A DNA stretch of 64,000 nucleotides from Chiloscyllium plagiosum (Eukaryota), in assembly GCF_004010195.1 (NCBI RefSeq), contig NC_057726.1:68855155-68919154 (forward strand). The letters are read 5' to 3'. Made by a program: the position numbers and the translations under genes. Below, piece by piece: positions 36,846 to 50,489 of the stretch. The notes under the pieces are model-generated. The model was not told the origin of the DNA. It was given only the letters and a program-made list of their open reading frames with translations, and ran no database searches. Position 1 is the stretch's first letter, and each line of letters begins with the position of its first letter.

Positions 36846-37600
36846 GACTAGTAACGTAAAGCGAGTGTGAGATGTCTTGTGTTTATTTCATTTGGCGCAG
36901 TATTCGGGCAATCTGCTCTATTTTAGTTTGTGGGAGTGGAGGCAGTGGTCACAGAGATTGTGCTTTGCATCCCTTTAGCCACCAGGCGGTGGCAGAGACC
37001 AGTCATGGTGAATTCTGCCTTGCTCTCCACAGGTTTGCTGGCTGAATCGGCAGCATCTGTCCAGCATTATAGTCTCTAAACGAAGGCTGACATTAAACTA
37101 AACGGTGACTGGAAGGATACTTTCTCATCTTACCATCCAAGTGTGAACTGATGCTGCGGATCAGACTTCCTTTGTAGAAACCCACAGAATTTCTTTTTCC
37201 CAATTGGAACAGCAAACGAGCGTTTTGCAGTGGGAGCCGAGGACCAGAGATTGACCTGCCATACTAATGCAGGAGCGCACGTTGAGCTGAATATCTAAAC
37301 CTGATGGCCCCTGGCTGCCTGAATTGGGCAGCCAGGATTAAACCAATGCAATGAAATAACAGTTAAATTTTATTGATACGTTACACGGCGCAGGAACTCA
37401 ACTGGTTACGGCTACATTCAGGATATGTCCATTTGGGGACAGTTGCGCAATTTTACCTCAATATTGGTGACCAGTAGATTAGCTGCACCGATACCGACAG
37501 TCCTGACGCCCCACTCCCGGGAGGGGAGGTGGAATTGACATGACTCCCACTATTACTCCATTTAAGACATTGTACTCAACGTTTTGACAGCTCTGTCAAT

Positions 37601-37790
37601 GAGTCGAAGGATATGGTGCTGGAAAAGCACAGCAGGTCAGGCAGCATCCGAGGAGCAGGCGAATCAATGTTTTGGGCATAAGCCCATCATTAGGTTCCTG
37701 ATGAAGGGCTTATGCCTGAAATGTCGATTCTACTGTTCCTTGGATACTGCCTGACCTGCTGTACTTTTCCAGCACCACACTCTTGGCTCT
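37601..37790. mobile_element. Fold-back Penelope-derived element with hammerhead cores on both strands
   Basis: CTGATGAAGGGCTTATGCCTGAAATGTC from 37698, with an inverted copy upstream. Confidence 0.82.
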
Positions 37791-38299
37791 AAATAACCTG
37801 CTTCCATGCTGTAGGGATTCAATTATTCTATGACCTGCCCTATTCTACACAACTGGCACTATTAATTTTGCTTTCTCTCTGATAGGGGATGCAATGCCAA
37901 AGAGCTTACTCGTACTAGCAGCAGGAATATGTTCCTCAGGGTTGTTGCAGTTGCTGGGATTTCTCTGGTGGCTGAATGATAGCCTCTATCTTCAGTTGTT
38001 AGGGACATCCTCCCCAGTGCAGATCCTCCTACGAGCTCTGTTGTGGTGCTGTTCTTGCCATGTTTCATCAGCTCCTGTTTGAACCCACTATTCCTCGGGA
38101 TTGGGTGACTTCCAGAGGGTTTGAGCAGCAGGCAGGCGCTGTAGAAGTTCTCTGAATCTATCTTGATTACTGCTTTGCCATTTTGGACACTGATGAGAAT
38201 GATGGTTCCAGGGTAATAATTTCTCAGATGAATGTTGCATGTTCATGTCTCCAAGGGGGCTCAGTTGCACACACAGGGGTGAATGGGTGGATGGGCCAT

Positions 38300-41170
38300 T
38301 GAGAGAAGAAGAGTGTCAAATGCAATAGTGGTATGTGATCCATTAGTTACAGAAATTGACAGGCCTTTCTGTAGCCATTGAGTAACTCCAGGATGGTATG
38401 TTGTCCCCTTGGTGCCAGGATGGTACCAAACACATTCAAGAAATTCTTTTTGAGATTGTAGTCCAAATTCATACCAATGGCAGGCAGAAATAGGGATGAG
38501 AGCTTGAACGTAGTGGCACAGTGGTTAGCACTGCTGCCTCACAGCACCAGAGACCCGGGTTCAATTCCCACCTCTGGTGACTGACTGTGTGGAGTTTGCA
38601 TGTTCTCCCCGTGTCTGCATGGGTTTCCTCCGGGTGCTCCGGTTTCCTCCCATAGTCCAAAGATGTGCAGGTCAGGTGAATTGGCCATGCTAAATTGCCC
38701 ATAGTGTTAGGTAAGGGGTAAATGTAGGGGTATGGGCGGGTTACGCTTCGGCGGGTCGGTGTGGACTTGTTGGGCCGAAGGGCCTGTTTCCACACTGTAA
38801 TCTAATGTGGGCGGCACGGTGGCACAGTGGTTAGCACTGCTGCCTCACAGCACCAGAGACCTGGGTTCAATTCCCACCTCTGGTGACTGACTGTGTGGAG
38901 TTTGCACATTCTCCCCGTGTCTGCGTGGGTTTCCTCCGGGTGCTCCGGTTTCCTCCCACAGTCCAAAGATGTACAGGTCAGGTGAATTGGCCATGCTAAA
39001 TTGCCCATAGTGTTAGGTAAGGGGTAAATGTAGGGGTATGGGTGGGTTGCGCTTCGGTGGGTCAGTGTGGACTTGTTGGGCCGAAGGGCCTGTTTCCACA
39101 CTGTAATGTAATCTAAGTAGGAAGTTAATTGAAAAACAAGACTTCTGAGACTCTAATTTCAGGATTACACCTAATACTAAATTTGGTAACTATGGCAATT
39201 ATATAGATATTCATATGAACATATGGCCAAAACAATGGCTTCTGAGGGAAGAGGTTAGATTTCTGGCTTAATTGGAACCAGTAAAATGAGGATGGATCAA
39301 ACCTGAGCAGGACTAGATCTAATTATTCTAATAGGGAGATTTGCTCATATTGGGTATGGTTTAATCTATCTTCTCAGAAAGTTTGGAACCAGGGAGGAAA
39401 TTCAAATAAGAAAGGATAGCCAAGCTTGAAATGTAAAGTAGAAAAAGGAGTAAATGAAAGTAGAAAGGAGCAGAAATGCAAATATTAGTTCGAGTCAAAG
39501 TACAAAATAATGTGTGCAATGCACAATTAAAGGCTTTTTATGTGACTGCACATCAGATTGTCACCATGGTGAAAACATTGATGGTGTAAACAGCTGTGAT
39601 CTGGTTGTCATTGTAGAGATGTGGCTGCAGGGTGACCAAGACTAGAACCTAAACATTGAAGGATATTAACAGTTAAGAAGGACAATATGCCTGAAAAGGG
39701 GTGCGTGATGCTGATAGTAATGAATGAGATCAGGATATTAGAGAGAGAGGAAGTTAGACCAAAAGATCCCCAATGTTTGAGTGGATCTAAGAAACACTGG
39801 GCTGCAAATTTTGATGAAGTTTGATTATGGGAAACCACACAGTGGAGGTAATTTAGCACTTGGTATAAATAAGGGCATTAGTGGTCCATGTAAAAAGGCA
39901 GTACTTAACTGATGACTGCAATATTCATATCGTTTGTCCAGATCTAAAGATCACCAAATGTTGTGGATGACAAATCTCTAGAATATGTGCAAGATAACTT
40001 CATAGAGCAGTATGTGAGACACCAATGAGGGAATAGGCTATTTTAGATCTTATATTTTGCAAGTGGATAATTTGAAATCTTGTTATAAAAGAGGTTTTAG
40101 TGAAGAGAAACCAGAATATGATGGAATTATCTATTTATTTCTAAATACAGCTCTAAAAGCTAATTTCTTAAAATCTTAACAAGGAAAGCACTAAGGTGTG
40201 AGGGGTAAGTTGACTTTGGTAGGTTGAGGAAATGCATTAAAAGGTATGATGATAGGCAAGCAGAGATTAATATTTAAAGAAATAATATTTGGTTTGCCAC
40301 AAACACACGTTCCTTCAAAGCATGCAAACAGGACAGGGAGAATGGATAAACAGTGGTTAGCGAAGAAAGTTAAAGGTTGTGTCAGATCAAAGAAAGAAGC
40401 TTATGAAGTTACCAAAACAATGGTAAACCCGAGGATTCAAATTACTTTCGAACTCAGCAAAGCAGGATGAAGTGACAGAAAGAATAGAATGTGGGTGCAA
40501 AATAAAAAGAAATAGCAATGTACTGGAAAAATGCTTCTACGAGTATGGAGGTAGGAAAAGATTAACAAGTAAATGGTGGGTCCTTTGCAATCTGAAATAA
40601 AGAACTTATGATAGAGAATAGAGAAATTGTAGAGACGCTAAATAATTGATTTATATCTGTCTTACATAGAACTGGATGCAAATCAAACCTCTTAGATATA
40701 ATAGAGACTGTAAGACCATAAAACATAGGAGCAGAATTAGGCCATTTGATCCATTGAGTCTGTTCTTCTGCTTTCTCCCCACATGAACCCTTGATCATCT
40801 TCCCAATCAAGACATAATCTATGTCTGTCTGAAATACAGACTCAATGTTTTAGCTTGCACAGCCTTCTGTGGCAATGAATTCCATAGACTACTCACTCTC
40901 TGGCTAAGAGATTCCACCAATCTCAGTCCTAAAGCGTCATCCAGTGGATAAAAAGCAGAACTGGACAAAGACATGAAAGTTAATAAATTCCTAAGATACA
41001 ATAATCTATATCCCAGAGTGGTGGCGAAGAATGAGTTGCATGATGATTTTCAAAATTCTATAGATTTCGTAATGATGCTGGCATATTGGAAAGTTATAGA
41101 TGTAAGTCCATTATTTAAGAAAGGAGGGAGCGAGAAAATGTAGGAGCTGTCAATCTGTTAGCCTGATAGT
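38300..41170 (+). mobile_element. Very old long CR1 (ORF1 SGNH-esterase and ORF2 EN/RT remnants) hosting younger insertions
   Basis: Remnants resembling IVVGDSIVR..RMVCCLPGA (38320-38420), ISGL and GFRFL, endonuclease motifs, and PLFKKG near 41110. Confidence 0.6.
38510..39117 (+). mobile_element. Two HE1-like SINEs head-to-tail (38510-38805; 38808-39117)
   Basis: Two near-identical ~300-bp units. Confidence 0.93.
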
Positions 41171-41189
41171 AGCGATTTAAAAAAAAAAC

Positions 41190-41637
41190 ATTTGTGGGGT
41201 ATGAGAGTTGCTGACTGGCCAGTATTTATTGCCCATTTCTAGTTGTCCTTGAGAAAGTGGTGGAGCTATCTGCTTGAACAGCGGCAGGCCACCTGCAGTG
41301 GATTGACCTACAATGCCCTTAGGGAGGGAAATCCAAGATTTTTGACCCAGTGACAGTAAAGGAATAAAGATATATTTCCAAGTCAGGATGGTGGTTGGCT
41401 TGGAGGGAAACTTGAAGGTGGTGATGTTCTCATGCATCAGTTGCCCTTAACCTCCTAGATAGAAGTGGTCATGGGTTGGAAGGCACTGTCTCAGGATCTG
41501 TGGTGAATTTCTGCAGTGCATCTTGTAGAAAGTACACATTGCTGCTACAAGTGGATGCTTGTGGATGTAATGTCAGTCAAAGAGGCTGCTTTGTCCTGGA
41601 TGGTGTCAATCTTCTTGAATGTTATTGGAGCTGCACC
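41190..41637 (-). mobile_element. L2/Crack-type LINE 3' fragment
   Basis: AAPITFKKIDTIQDKAA; FPSKPTTILTWKYI..KSWISLP. Confidence 0.75.
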
Positions 41638-42137
41638 NNNNNNNNNNNNNNNNNNNNNNNNNNNNNNNNNNNNNNNNNNNNNNNNNNNNNNNNNNNNNNN
41701 NNNNNNNNNNNNNNNNNNNNNNNNNNNNNNNNNNNNNNNNNNNNNNNNNNNNNNNNNNNNNNNNNNNNNNNNNNNNNNNNNNNNNNNNNNNNNNNNNNNN
41801 NNNNNNNNNNNNNNNNNNNNNNNNNNNNNNNNNNNNNNNNNNNNNNNNNNNNNNNNNNNNNNNNNNNNNNNNNNNNNNNNNNNNNNNNNNNNNNNNNNNN
41901 NNNNNNNNNNNNNNNNNNNNNNNNNNNNNNNNNNNNNNNNNNNNNNNNNNNNNNNNNNNNNNNNNNNNNNNNNNNNNNNNNNNNNNNNNNNNNNNNNNNN
42001 NNNNNNNNNNNNNNNNNNNNNNNNNNNNNNNNNNNNNNNNNNNNNNNNNNNNNNNNNNNNNNNNNNNNNNNNNNNNNNNNNNNNNNNNNNNNNNNNNNNN
42101 NNNNNNNNNNNNNNNNNNNNNNNNNNNNNNNNNNNNN
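41638..42137. other. Assembly gap (500 N)
   Basis: Run of N. Confidence 1.
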
Positions 42138-42487
42138 ATACCTGCCCCAAAGGGAATGCAGCAGTTTATGAAGGCAGATCACCACCACATATGAGGGACA
42201 ACTAAGGTTGAGCGATAAATGTTTACCCAACCAGTGAATGCCATATTCCAAAAGTAAATTTAAAAAACTAATAGTCACCAAACTTAGGATGAGGATGCTG
42301 ACTTAAGGGAAAGGATGGAAATATCCCTGAAAGGATATGTGTGATATTTACAAGAATGATGAATGGGATGAAGATTTTTCAGTACAGTGGTAACTAGGAG
42401 CTGTGATTGGTTTCCTTAAAGGAAGGGAGAATGAGGGAGAGTTAATGGAAATAAGCATGATTGTGATAAGTTCACCAACCATAGCAT

Positions 42488-42830
42488 GGGCAGCACAGTG
42501 GCTCAATGGTTAGCACGACTGCTTTGCAGTGGGAGGGGCCCGGGTTTGATTGCAGCCTCGGGCGACTGTCTGTTTGGAATTTGCACATTCTCCCCGTGTC
42601 TGCATGGGTGTCTTCTGGGTGCTCCAGCTTCCTTCCACACTCCAAAGATGTGCAGGTTAGGTGAATTGGCCATACTAAATTGCCCATATTGTTCAGGGAT
42701 GTGTAGGCTAGGTGCATTAGTCAGAGTTAAATATAGAGTAAAGGAATGGGTTTGGGTGGGTTACTCTTTGGAGGGTCAGTGTGGGCTTGTTAGGTTAAAG
42801 GGCCTGTTTCAACACTGTAGGAATTCTAAT
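42488..42830 (+). mobile_element. HE1-like SINE
   Basis: tRNA head, V-domain and tail. Confidence 0.85.
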
Positions 42831-44879
42831 AGACAGTATGATGCTATCGTTAGCATGCAAGAACTTGGAGATACATGTTAATATTCTGGTCAAAAGAAGC
42901 AGAAAGAATGCGAGGAAGTAACATTTTTACATATTTTTGGAAATTGGCTGAGTAGTATGAATCAGAGAGTAGGGACTTTGTTTTGCAAAGTTAAAAATAG
43001 GATCTCAGGAACTAGTCCATCTTAGATTCAAAGCTTATATTTCCATGTTCTACAGCTCACTGGATTTGTTTCTCCTCCCATTCCTCTTAGTGGGATCATA
43101 CCTTGCATCTTAACTATCTCCTCTTTGAAGAAGTCATACCAAATTTGAACTGTTAACTTTGTTTCTCTCTTCACAGATGCTGCCAGATCTGCTGAGTTTC
43201 TCCAGTCTTCTCTGTGTTTGTTTCAAATTTCCAGCATTTGCAGTATTTTGATTTTATTGTAATAAACCTGAAATTCACCCAGGATCTGAAGCAAATTGTA
43301 CTGTGAACTGACTTTGAACTTTCCAGAATTTAAAGAAACAGTATTTCAAATTTGTAATCTTCACTTGGAATCAATATGAGTCCTTTCTGATTTGATTTGA
43401 TTTATTACTGCTATATGCACCGAGGTACAGTGGAAGGTTTTGTTTTGTGTGCAATACGGACAGATCATACCATTCAAAGTGCCTTAGGGTAATAAAACAG
43501 AGTGAGGAATACAATGTTACAGCTGCAGTAAAGGTGCAGAGATTGAAATCAACAATATATTTAAAATTTCAGAGGTTCATTTAGAAGTCTAATAACCACA
43601 GGGAAGAAGCTGTTCTTGAATCTGTTTACATGTGTATACTACTTTTTATACCTTCTCCCCAATGGAAGGGGAGGGATGCTACTAAAAGAGATTAGGGAGC
43701 CAGACAGGGTTTTCTGACAATCTGCAATGGTTTCATGGCCATCATTAGACTCTCAATTCCAGATGTTTGTTGAATTCAAAGTCCACAACCTGTCATGGCA
43801 GGATTCAAATCCAGGTCCTTAGAAACATGACCTGGGTCTCTAGATTGATGAATCAGCAATAATACCATGAGGCCATCATCTCCACTGCAGTTGCCACTTC
43901 AACTATCAGTTCATTCCGCATTTGAACCACCCTCTGTGTGAAAAAATTACCCTTCTTGTCCTTTTTAACTCTTTCTTCTTTCACTTTAAATATATGACCC
44001 CGAATCTTGAACTCCCCCAGCCTAGGCAAATCCATCCTTGCTATTCACCTAATCTATGCTCCTTATGATTTTATAAGGCTCTATAAGGTCACCCCTCAAC
44101 CTCTTATACTCCAGTGAAAAAAGTCTCAGCATATCCAGCCTCTCAAAACCTGTGAGGGAATCAAGTTCTGAAATACATCAACCATGACTTTATACAATGG
44201 CAGGGCTGAATGACCTGCTCTTAATGTGTAGATTCCTACCTGCTTCATTAATGCTCTTTGGGAAGGGAAATCTGCCATCTTGACACAGTTTGAGTAACGA
44301 CGTGGTTCATTCTTATCTGCCCCTCTGAAATGGCCCTCACAAGACATTCATTCCAAGAGGTAATTAAATATGAGCCACACATGCCAGCCTTGGCACTGAC
44401 TTCCAAACCTCATGAACAAATATTTTTTAAAAAGATGCAGACACACAGACTCCAGGAGAGGGGAGCTAGTGTCTCTCTCATGCCTCTTTCCATACCTCCT
44501 GATAGTCTGAATACATCTCAGTTTTGAGCACCTGCTCTGCTCCACTACACCTGTAATGAAAAGTGAGAGAATGACCAGTGTGTCCAGAGCCTGCAGCAAC
44601 CAAGTGGGGCTAGTTTCGTTGGAGATTATGTCGGCATGGACTGGTTGGACTGTATGACATCGCTGATTTGGAAACACTTTGTTTTTTCTCATTCTTCTTT
44701 TTTTATTTTTCAGTCTATGATGTCACCACACTTTTTCTTTCTAATCGCAATAGTATAGGAGACTCCAGGGTCTGAACATCTACCAATACCTAGTGTTTTG
44801 AGCAGCTCTGATTTTGAGCAATCTCTGGGATATCCTAACAAAATCGCTCCCGAACCTATGGAGCCCCCACTCCCTTGCT

Positions 44880-47060
44880 TTTAGTTATGTCTTTTAGATG
44901 CTGGTTTAAATCTACCACTTATATATCGACCGCCTCAGCCTGTCCACCCCTTCTCACCCACTCCAACCTCTCACTCTCACAGCCCTCCACTCCCTCCGCT
45001 CCAACCCCAACCTCACCACCAAACCAGTGGGCAAGGGCGGGTGGGGGACCGCAGTGGTAGCATGGCACACTCACCTCTACCTTGCTGAAGCTTGATGCCA
45101 ACTCTCTGACACCTCTTCCTAATGGACCCTCGACCATGACCCCACCTCCCATCACCAAGCCATCATCTACAACCTCATCACTTCAGGGGATCTCCCAACC
45201 ACAGCCTCCAACCTCATAGTGCTCCAACCCTGCAGTGCCTGGTTCTATCTCTTAGCCAAAATCTACGAACCTGATTATCCCAGTCGACCAATTGTCTCTG
45301 CCTAGCCCTGCCCCACTGAACTTATCTCCTCATATCTCAATTCCATCCTATCCCCTTGGTCCATGAACTCTCCACATATGTCCAGGACACCACCCACACC
45401 TTCCACCTTCTTGATGACTTTTGATTTCTCGGTCCCAAACACCTCATATTCATTATAGACATCCAGTCCAAGTACACCTCCATCCTCTATGATGAATGCA
45501 TAAAAACCCTCTGTTTCTTCCTCTGCCTCCAACCCAAACAGTCTCCCTCCACCAATGCTCTCATTCGATTAGTGGAACTGGTTCTCACCTTCAACAATTT
45601 CTCATTTGAATCCTCCCACATCCTATGGACAAGAGGGGTAGCCATGGGCACCCGCATGGGCTCCAGCCATGCCTGCCTCTTTGCAGGCTATGTGGAACAG
45701 TCCATCTTCTGCAGTTACACTGCCACCATTCGCCACCTTTTCCTTTGCAACATTGATGACTGTATTGGCACCACCTCGTGCTCCCACGAGGTGACTGAAC
45801 AGTTAATCAACTTCACTAACACCTCTCACCCTGACCTCAAATTCATATGGACCATCTCCGAGACCTCAATCCCCTTCCTGGAACTCTCCATCTCCATTTC
45901 CGGCGACTGACTCAACATCGACATCTATTTCAAACCCACCCATTCCCACAGCTAGTTTATCTACACCTCCTCCCACACCCCCTCCTATAAAAACACCATC
46001 TCTTACTCCCAATTCCTTTGCCTTTGCTGCATCTGCTCCCAGGAGGAGCAATTCCACTCCAAGACTTCCCAGATGTCGTCCTATTTCAGTGACTGCAGTT
46101 GCCCCTCCTACATGATCAACAATGCCCTCACATCTCCTTCACTTTCCATGCCTCCACCCTCAAACCCCAAACCCCCAACCACAGGAATAGAAACCCCCAG
46201 TCCTCACATTCACCCACAAATCTCCAGATACAGTACTTTATCCTCTGCCATTTTTGCCATCTACAGTCAAAGCCCAACACTAAAAATATATTTCCCTCTC
46301 CAGCCCTATCTGCATTCTCCACCAACCCACCCACTACAGCTGACACCTTCACCACTACTGCACAAAGTGCAAAACCTGCACCAACTCCTCTCCCATAACC
46401 TCTGCCCAAGGCCTGAAGCATCATTTCAAATCTGGCAGAGATTTTCCTGCAAATCACTTTATTTACTGCATCATTACTCTCAATGTGGTGTCCTCTACAT
46501 CAGGGAGACAGAAAGCCAACTCACAGAGCAGATCAGGGAATATCTCCGGTCACTTACACCAAGCAACTGCACAGTCCTGTGGCCAACCATTTCAACTCTT
46601 CCTCGCATTCCCCCAAGGACATGCAAATCCTGGGCCTCCTCCACTGCCAAATCAAAACCACCAACCAACTGGAGGAAGAATGCCTCATCATCTGCCTTGG
46701 GAACCTACAGCCTATATGAACATTGACTTCACCAGCTTCCAAATCTCCCCACCGCCCAGCTCATCCTAGATCCAACCCCCAACTCGGTACTTCCCTCTTG
46801 ATCTTACCTATCTGTTCATCTTCCTTTCCACCTATACATTCCACCTTCCCCACAAACCTATCACAATTACCTCTTACTTGCATTCACCAATCACCATTCC
46901 ACCTACCGTCCTCCAAGCCCCAATCCCACCCCTTTATCTCTCAGCCCCCTTCCCTCTCTACATTCCTGATGAAGGGCTTATGCCCAAAATGTTGACTCTC
47001 CTGGTCCTCGGATGCTGCCTGACATGCTGTGTTTTTTCCAGCACCACACCTTTCAACTCC
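44880..47060 (+). mobile_element. Decayed Penelope-like retroelement (RT + GIY-YIG remnant + 3' hammerhead)
   Basis: FYLLAKIYEPDYPSRPIVS (~45243), LTFNNFSF..GVAMGTRMG..NIDDC..HPDLKF..IPFLE, CGVLYIRET (~46485), CTGATGA at 46966; many stops and frameshifts. Confidence 0.88.
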
Positions 47061-47214
47061 AATTCTTGGAACAAGAATTCCTTAGATAAATCTATGTCAA
47101 ACATCTTTTTAATTATCTTTCAAATCACCTTGAGACATTTTGTTGCATTAAGATAATAAACAAATTCATGTTGCTGTCACCTGATGTCAGTTTCCCTTTG
47201 AAAAATGCTTCCGG

Positions 47215-47670
47215 ATTCATAGATTCATGTATCATACAGCATGGATTCAGACCGTTGGGATTAACTAGCTCCACAAATTAAACTAGTTCCACCTGCCTGC
47301 ACTTGACCGATATCCCTCCAAATGTTTCTTATTCATGTACTTAACCAATGTCTTTTAAATGCTGTCACTCTATCTTTATCCATCACTTTCTCAGGCAGTG
47401 TTTCACAAACAAACCACTCTCTGTGTAATAAAATTGCCCCTCGTGTCCTTTTAAATCTTTCTTGTCTCACCTGAAAAATATGCTTCTTAGTATTGAACTC
47501 GCCCACCCTAGAGAAAATACTCTTGCCATTCACTTTATCTATGCCCCTCTTGATTTTATAAATCCCAATGAGGTCAGCCCTCAATCTCTGACACTCCAGG
47601 CTTGCCAGTCTATTTTTATATTTCAAACCCTCCATTTCCAGTCACATCCTGGCAAATCTTTCCTGAACCT
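47215..47670 (-). mobile_element. CR1 3' fragment
   Basis: RLRADLIGIYKIKRGIDKV. Confidence 0.82.
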
Positions 47671-47794
47671 ATATATATGTTAATTTTTTAAAGTATTATT
47701 GAAAGCTCTTTGCAGTGCTTTCACATTCAAAGTAATACATAGCACCTTGTCTGGATGGGGAGGTGTAAACATGCTAATTAATTTTAATAAAAAT

Positions 47795-47930
47795 CAAAAG
47801 ATCTGCCAAAGGTGTAAATCAAACAACAGAAATTAAAACGGCAATTACTGGAAAAGCTCAGCACATCTGGCAGCACCTGTGCAGAGAAATCAGAGTTAAT
47901 GTTTCAATTCGAGTGATCCTTCCTCAGGAC
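47795..47930 (-). mobile_element. Older hammerhead-bearing Penelope short element
   Basis: Minus strand CTGAGGA-AGGATCACTCGAATT-GAAACATT plus the family body. Confidence 0.65.
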
Positions 47931-50489
47931 TCAAATTTTCTAAATAATTTGAAATTGGATCTATTCACCAATGGTTTGAAAACCTACTAGGTTCAGTGTT
48001 TTAAAAAAAATTCTCAAGGTCAGGTTCGTAGGAGAGTAGTCTGACACAGAACAAATGACCAAGAGGCGAGTCTGCTAGAATATGGGCATTTTATTCCCCG
48101 CAGCGTCGCCACAACCAACGGGTCTGGCTTATACTCACTCTACATGTTACCGGAACTGGGAGCCGTCAGTTCTCGTAGAGCGGTTGCCAACAACCCACGC
48201 TCGGCGGTTAAACGTAACCCCGGAGCAGACTCACCGAACTGGAGACTTTTCCAGCTGATATACTCTTTTCCAGATATAAACATTCATGTGAACAGCAGAG
48301 CAAGGCTAAAAAACACATTCCATTCTGGTTACATACAGATAAGAAGATTCACACGGGGAGGTGTGTAATAAGATTCACACGGGACTAAGCAACACCTCCA
48401 TTCCGGTTAGATTCACACATGTATTGGGACATAATTTTTAACCGTTTCACCACATTCAGGAAGAAAGGAAAAAAGACATTGGGTAAATGTGCTAAGAACT
48501 AACTATTCCTGGAGGATAGATATCATAATGGATTGGTTATACTAACACATTTTTGACTATGTATAACTATAATAAACAAGCATATCTTCTATGAACCTCT
48601 TATTGCAAGATTCAAAACATTTGACAGACTATATTCCACAAAGCACCCAAAGGTCATATTATACAAACTTCCCTGAAAATGTGCTGTGTCCACATTTAAC
48701 CTTGGATATTCCTGAATGGAATATCTTAGATTCAGCTCTCCTGCCAGCTGGGCCATTTTCTTACTGAGTAGGAATACTTGAACTGAGATACATTTTAATA
48801 ATTGCATCAATTAATGGGGAGTTTGCTGGAGTCAGTTGCAGTGCTAAATGAGAGGCTATGTGGCAATTGACTGAAGGGGCCAAATAGCTAATGAGAAAAG
48901 ACTAAGAAAGATGGGGAAAGAAAAGCAAACTATCCACTTCTAGGAGCATACCCCCACCTCCCCCAAACTCCCCCCCCCCCCCCACCGCCAACTGACCAGG
49001 GACAAAGACTCAGGAGGCAGGCAGAATTCAGGCAAGTGGCAGACTTTTATTCAAGTAGAAACCAGTTAATGATGGAGAGGGCTAAAGGATTTTCCCCAAA
49101 TCTGGCCTCGATGTGAGAACACAATTATTCCCTTAATCTTTGGCTCAGGTTGGAGGCGAGATCAATGACACATTCAAATCTTTACAGTGAAATATAGCAT
49201 TTTTATACATTTTGTGTTACAATAATCACATTCAGCATGGTCACAATGTTTTTCTCTCTTATTCCATATGCCCAATCCCGTGAAACAGCTAATCAGTGAT
49301 GGGCATTCCTATGACAGCCTCAGGTTCCCATGATCTCATGGCATTTAACAGACATTGTATTCTTCAGGCCTTGGAATCTTTTTGTGCATCCTATTAATTA
49401 ACAGTCCAAAGTTACTGGTTAAACTCCTCTAGTATGTCCCAGACTTGCTTATCTCTAAGGACTGCTGTAATTCTGTTATTCATAGTATTTTCCACTGCTC
49501 CATCTATCTATATATATATGACGGTTGGTTTTAACAAACTGCTATAGGATTCATAATATTAGTTTCTGTTATAAGTTAGTTACAAAGTGTAAAGTTATAT
49601 ACCTACTTCTACTGTTAGCACTTTGTGATTAATAAGTTTCAGCCAATCTATTTCATTCAGGGTGTATTACGCATCTTTTTAGAGATAAGAGAAAACATTT
49701 CTTGAGACTAATTAACATTTACATCTATGTTTAAATGTTTTTCCCCTAATGCTTCTGTTATACTTTGGTTGTACATGTATCTATGCTCATGCTGAAATCT
49801 AACTCTATGATTAACTGAAGAATCTTTAACTCGAACCTATTTCTCATCATTGTGAATAACTGCAAATAAACAAACAATTATTTTTTTAAAAAACTATATC
49901 TGATTAAAAACTACAGCTGATTAATAAGTTAAGTTGGTTGGTTCATGAACTGTTCTAACTGGTGCTGTTCACATAATGGGACAATATGCCTTTATGAACG
50001 AGAGTGGAATCTGTCATTTTGTGTCTTAAAGTTGGAAGAGACTGTCTTATTCTGTTGAACCCTTTCGGCCAATTTGTGTCTTTCAACATGAGCCGCCCTT
50101 ACACCACCGTAAATAAAACAAGTTTTACAAGACAATTCAATAATAGAAGGTATAATTACGCAACATGATTGTTTAGTAGAGATGCACCTTACTGATCTAA
50201 CTGTGAAAGTTACAGTGGGGGTTGCAAGTCCCTTGACAAAACTGCAGTACACATTGCATATGTGACACAGCACCTGGATGGGCAGAATCCAAGACCAGGA
50301 GGGTCAGGTTACTGGAGACTGTGGAATAAATGACTGCTCGATTCTACAAATGTTTGGACTCAATATTGAGTTGAACAATTTTAGGGTCTGAGGCAACTTC
50401 TGCCATGTCCTAGCCCAATCCCCACACACCAAGTTGGACCGAAGGGTCTGTTTCCATGCTGTACATCTCTGACTCTGACTCTAAATCTT

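Noticed and set aside
36978-36996. CTCF-like motif CCACCAGGCGGTGGCAG
   Set aside because: Two core mismatches and no supporting context.
41476-42281. ORFs of 190-231 aa
   Set aside because: Artefacts of the second N gap.
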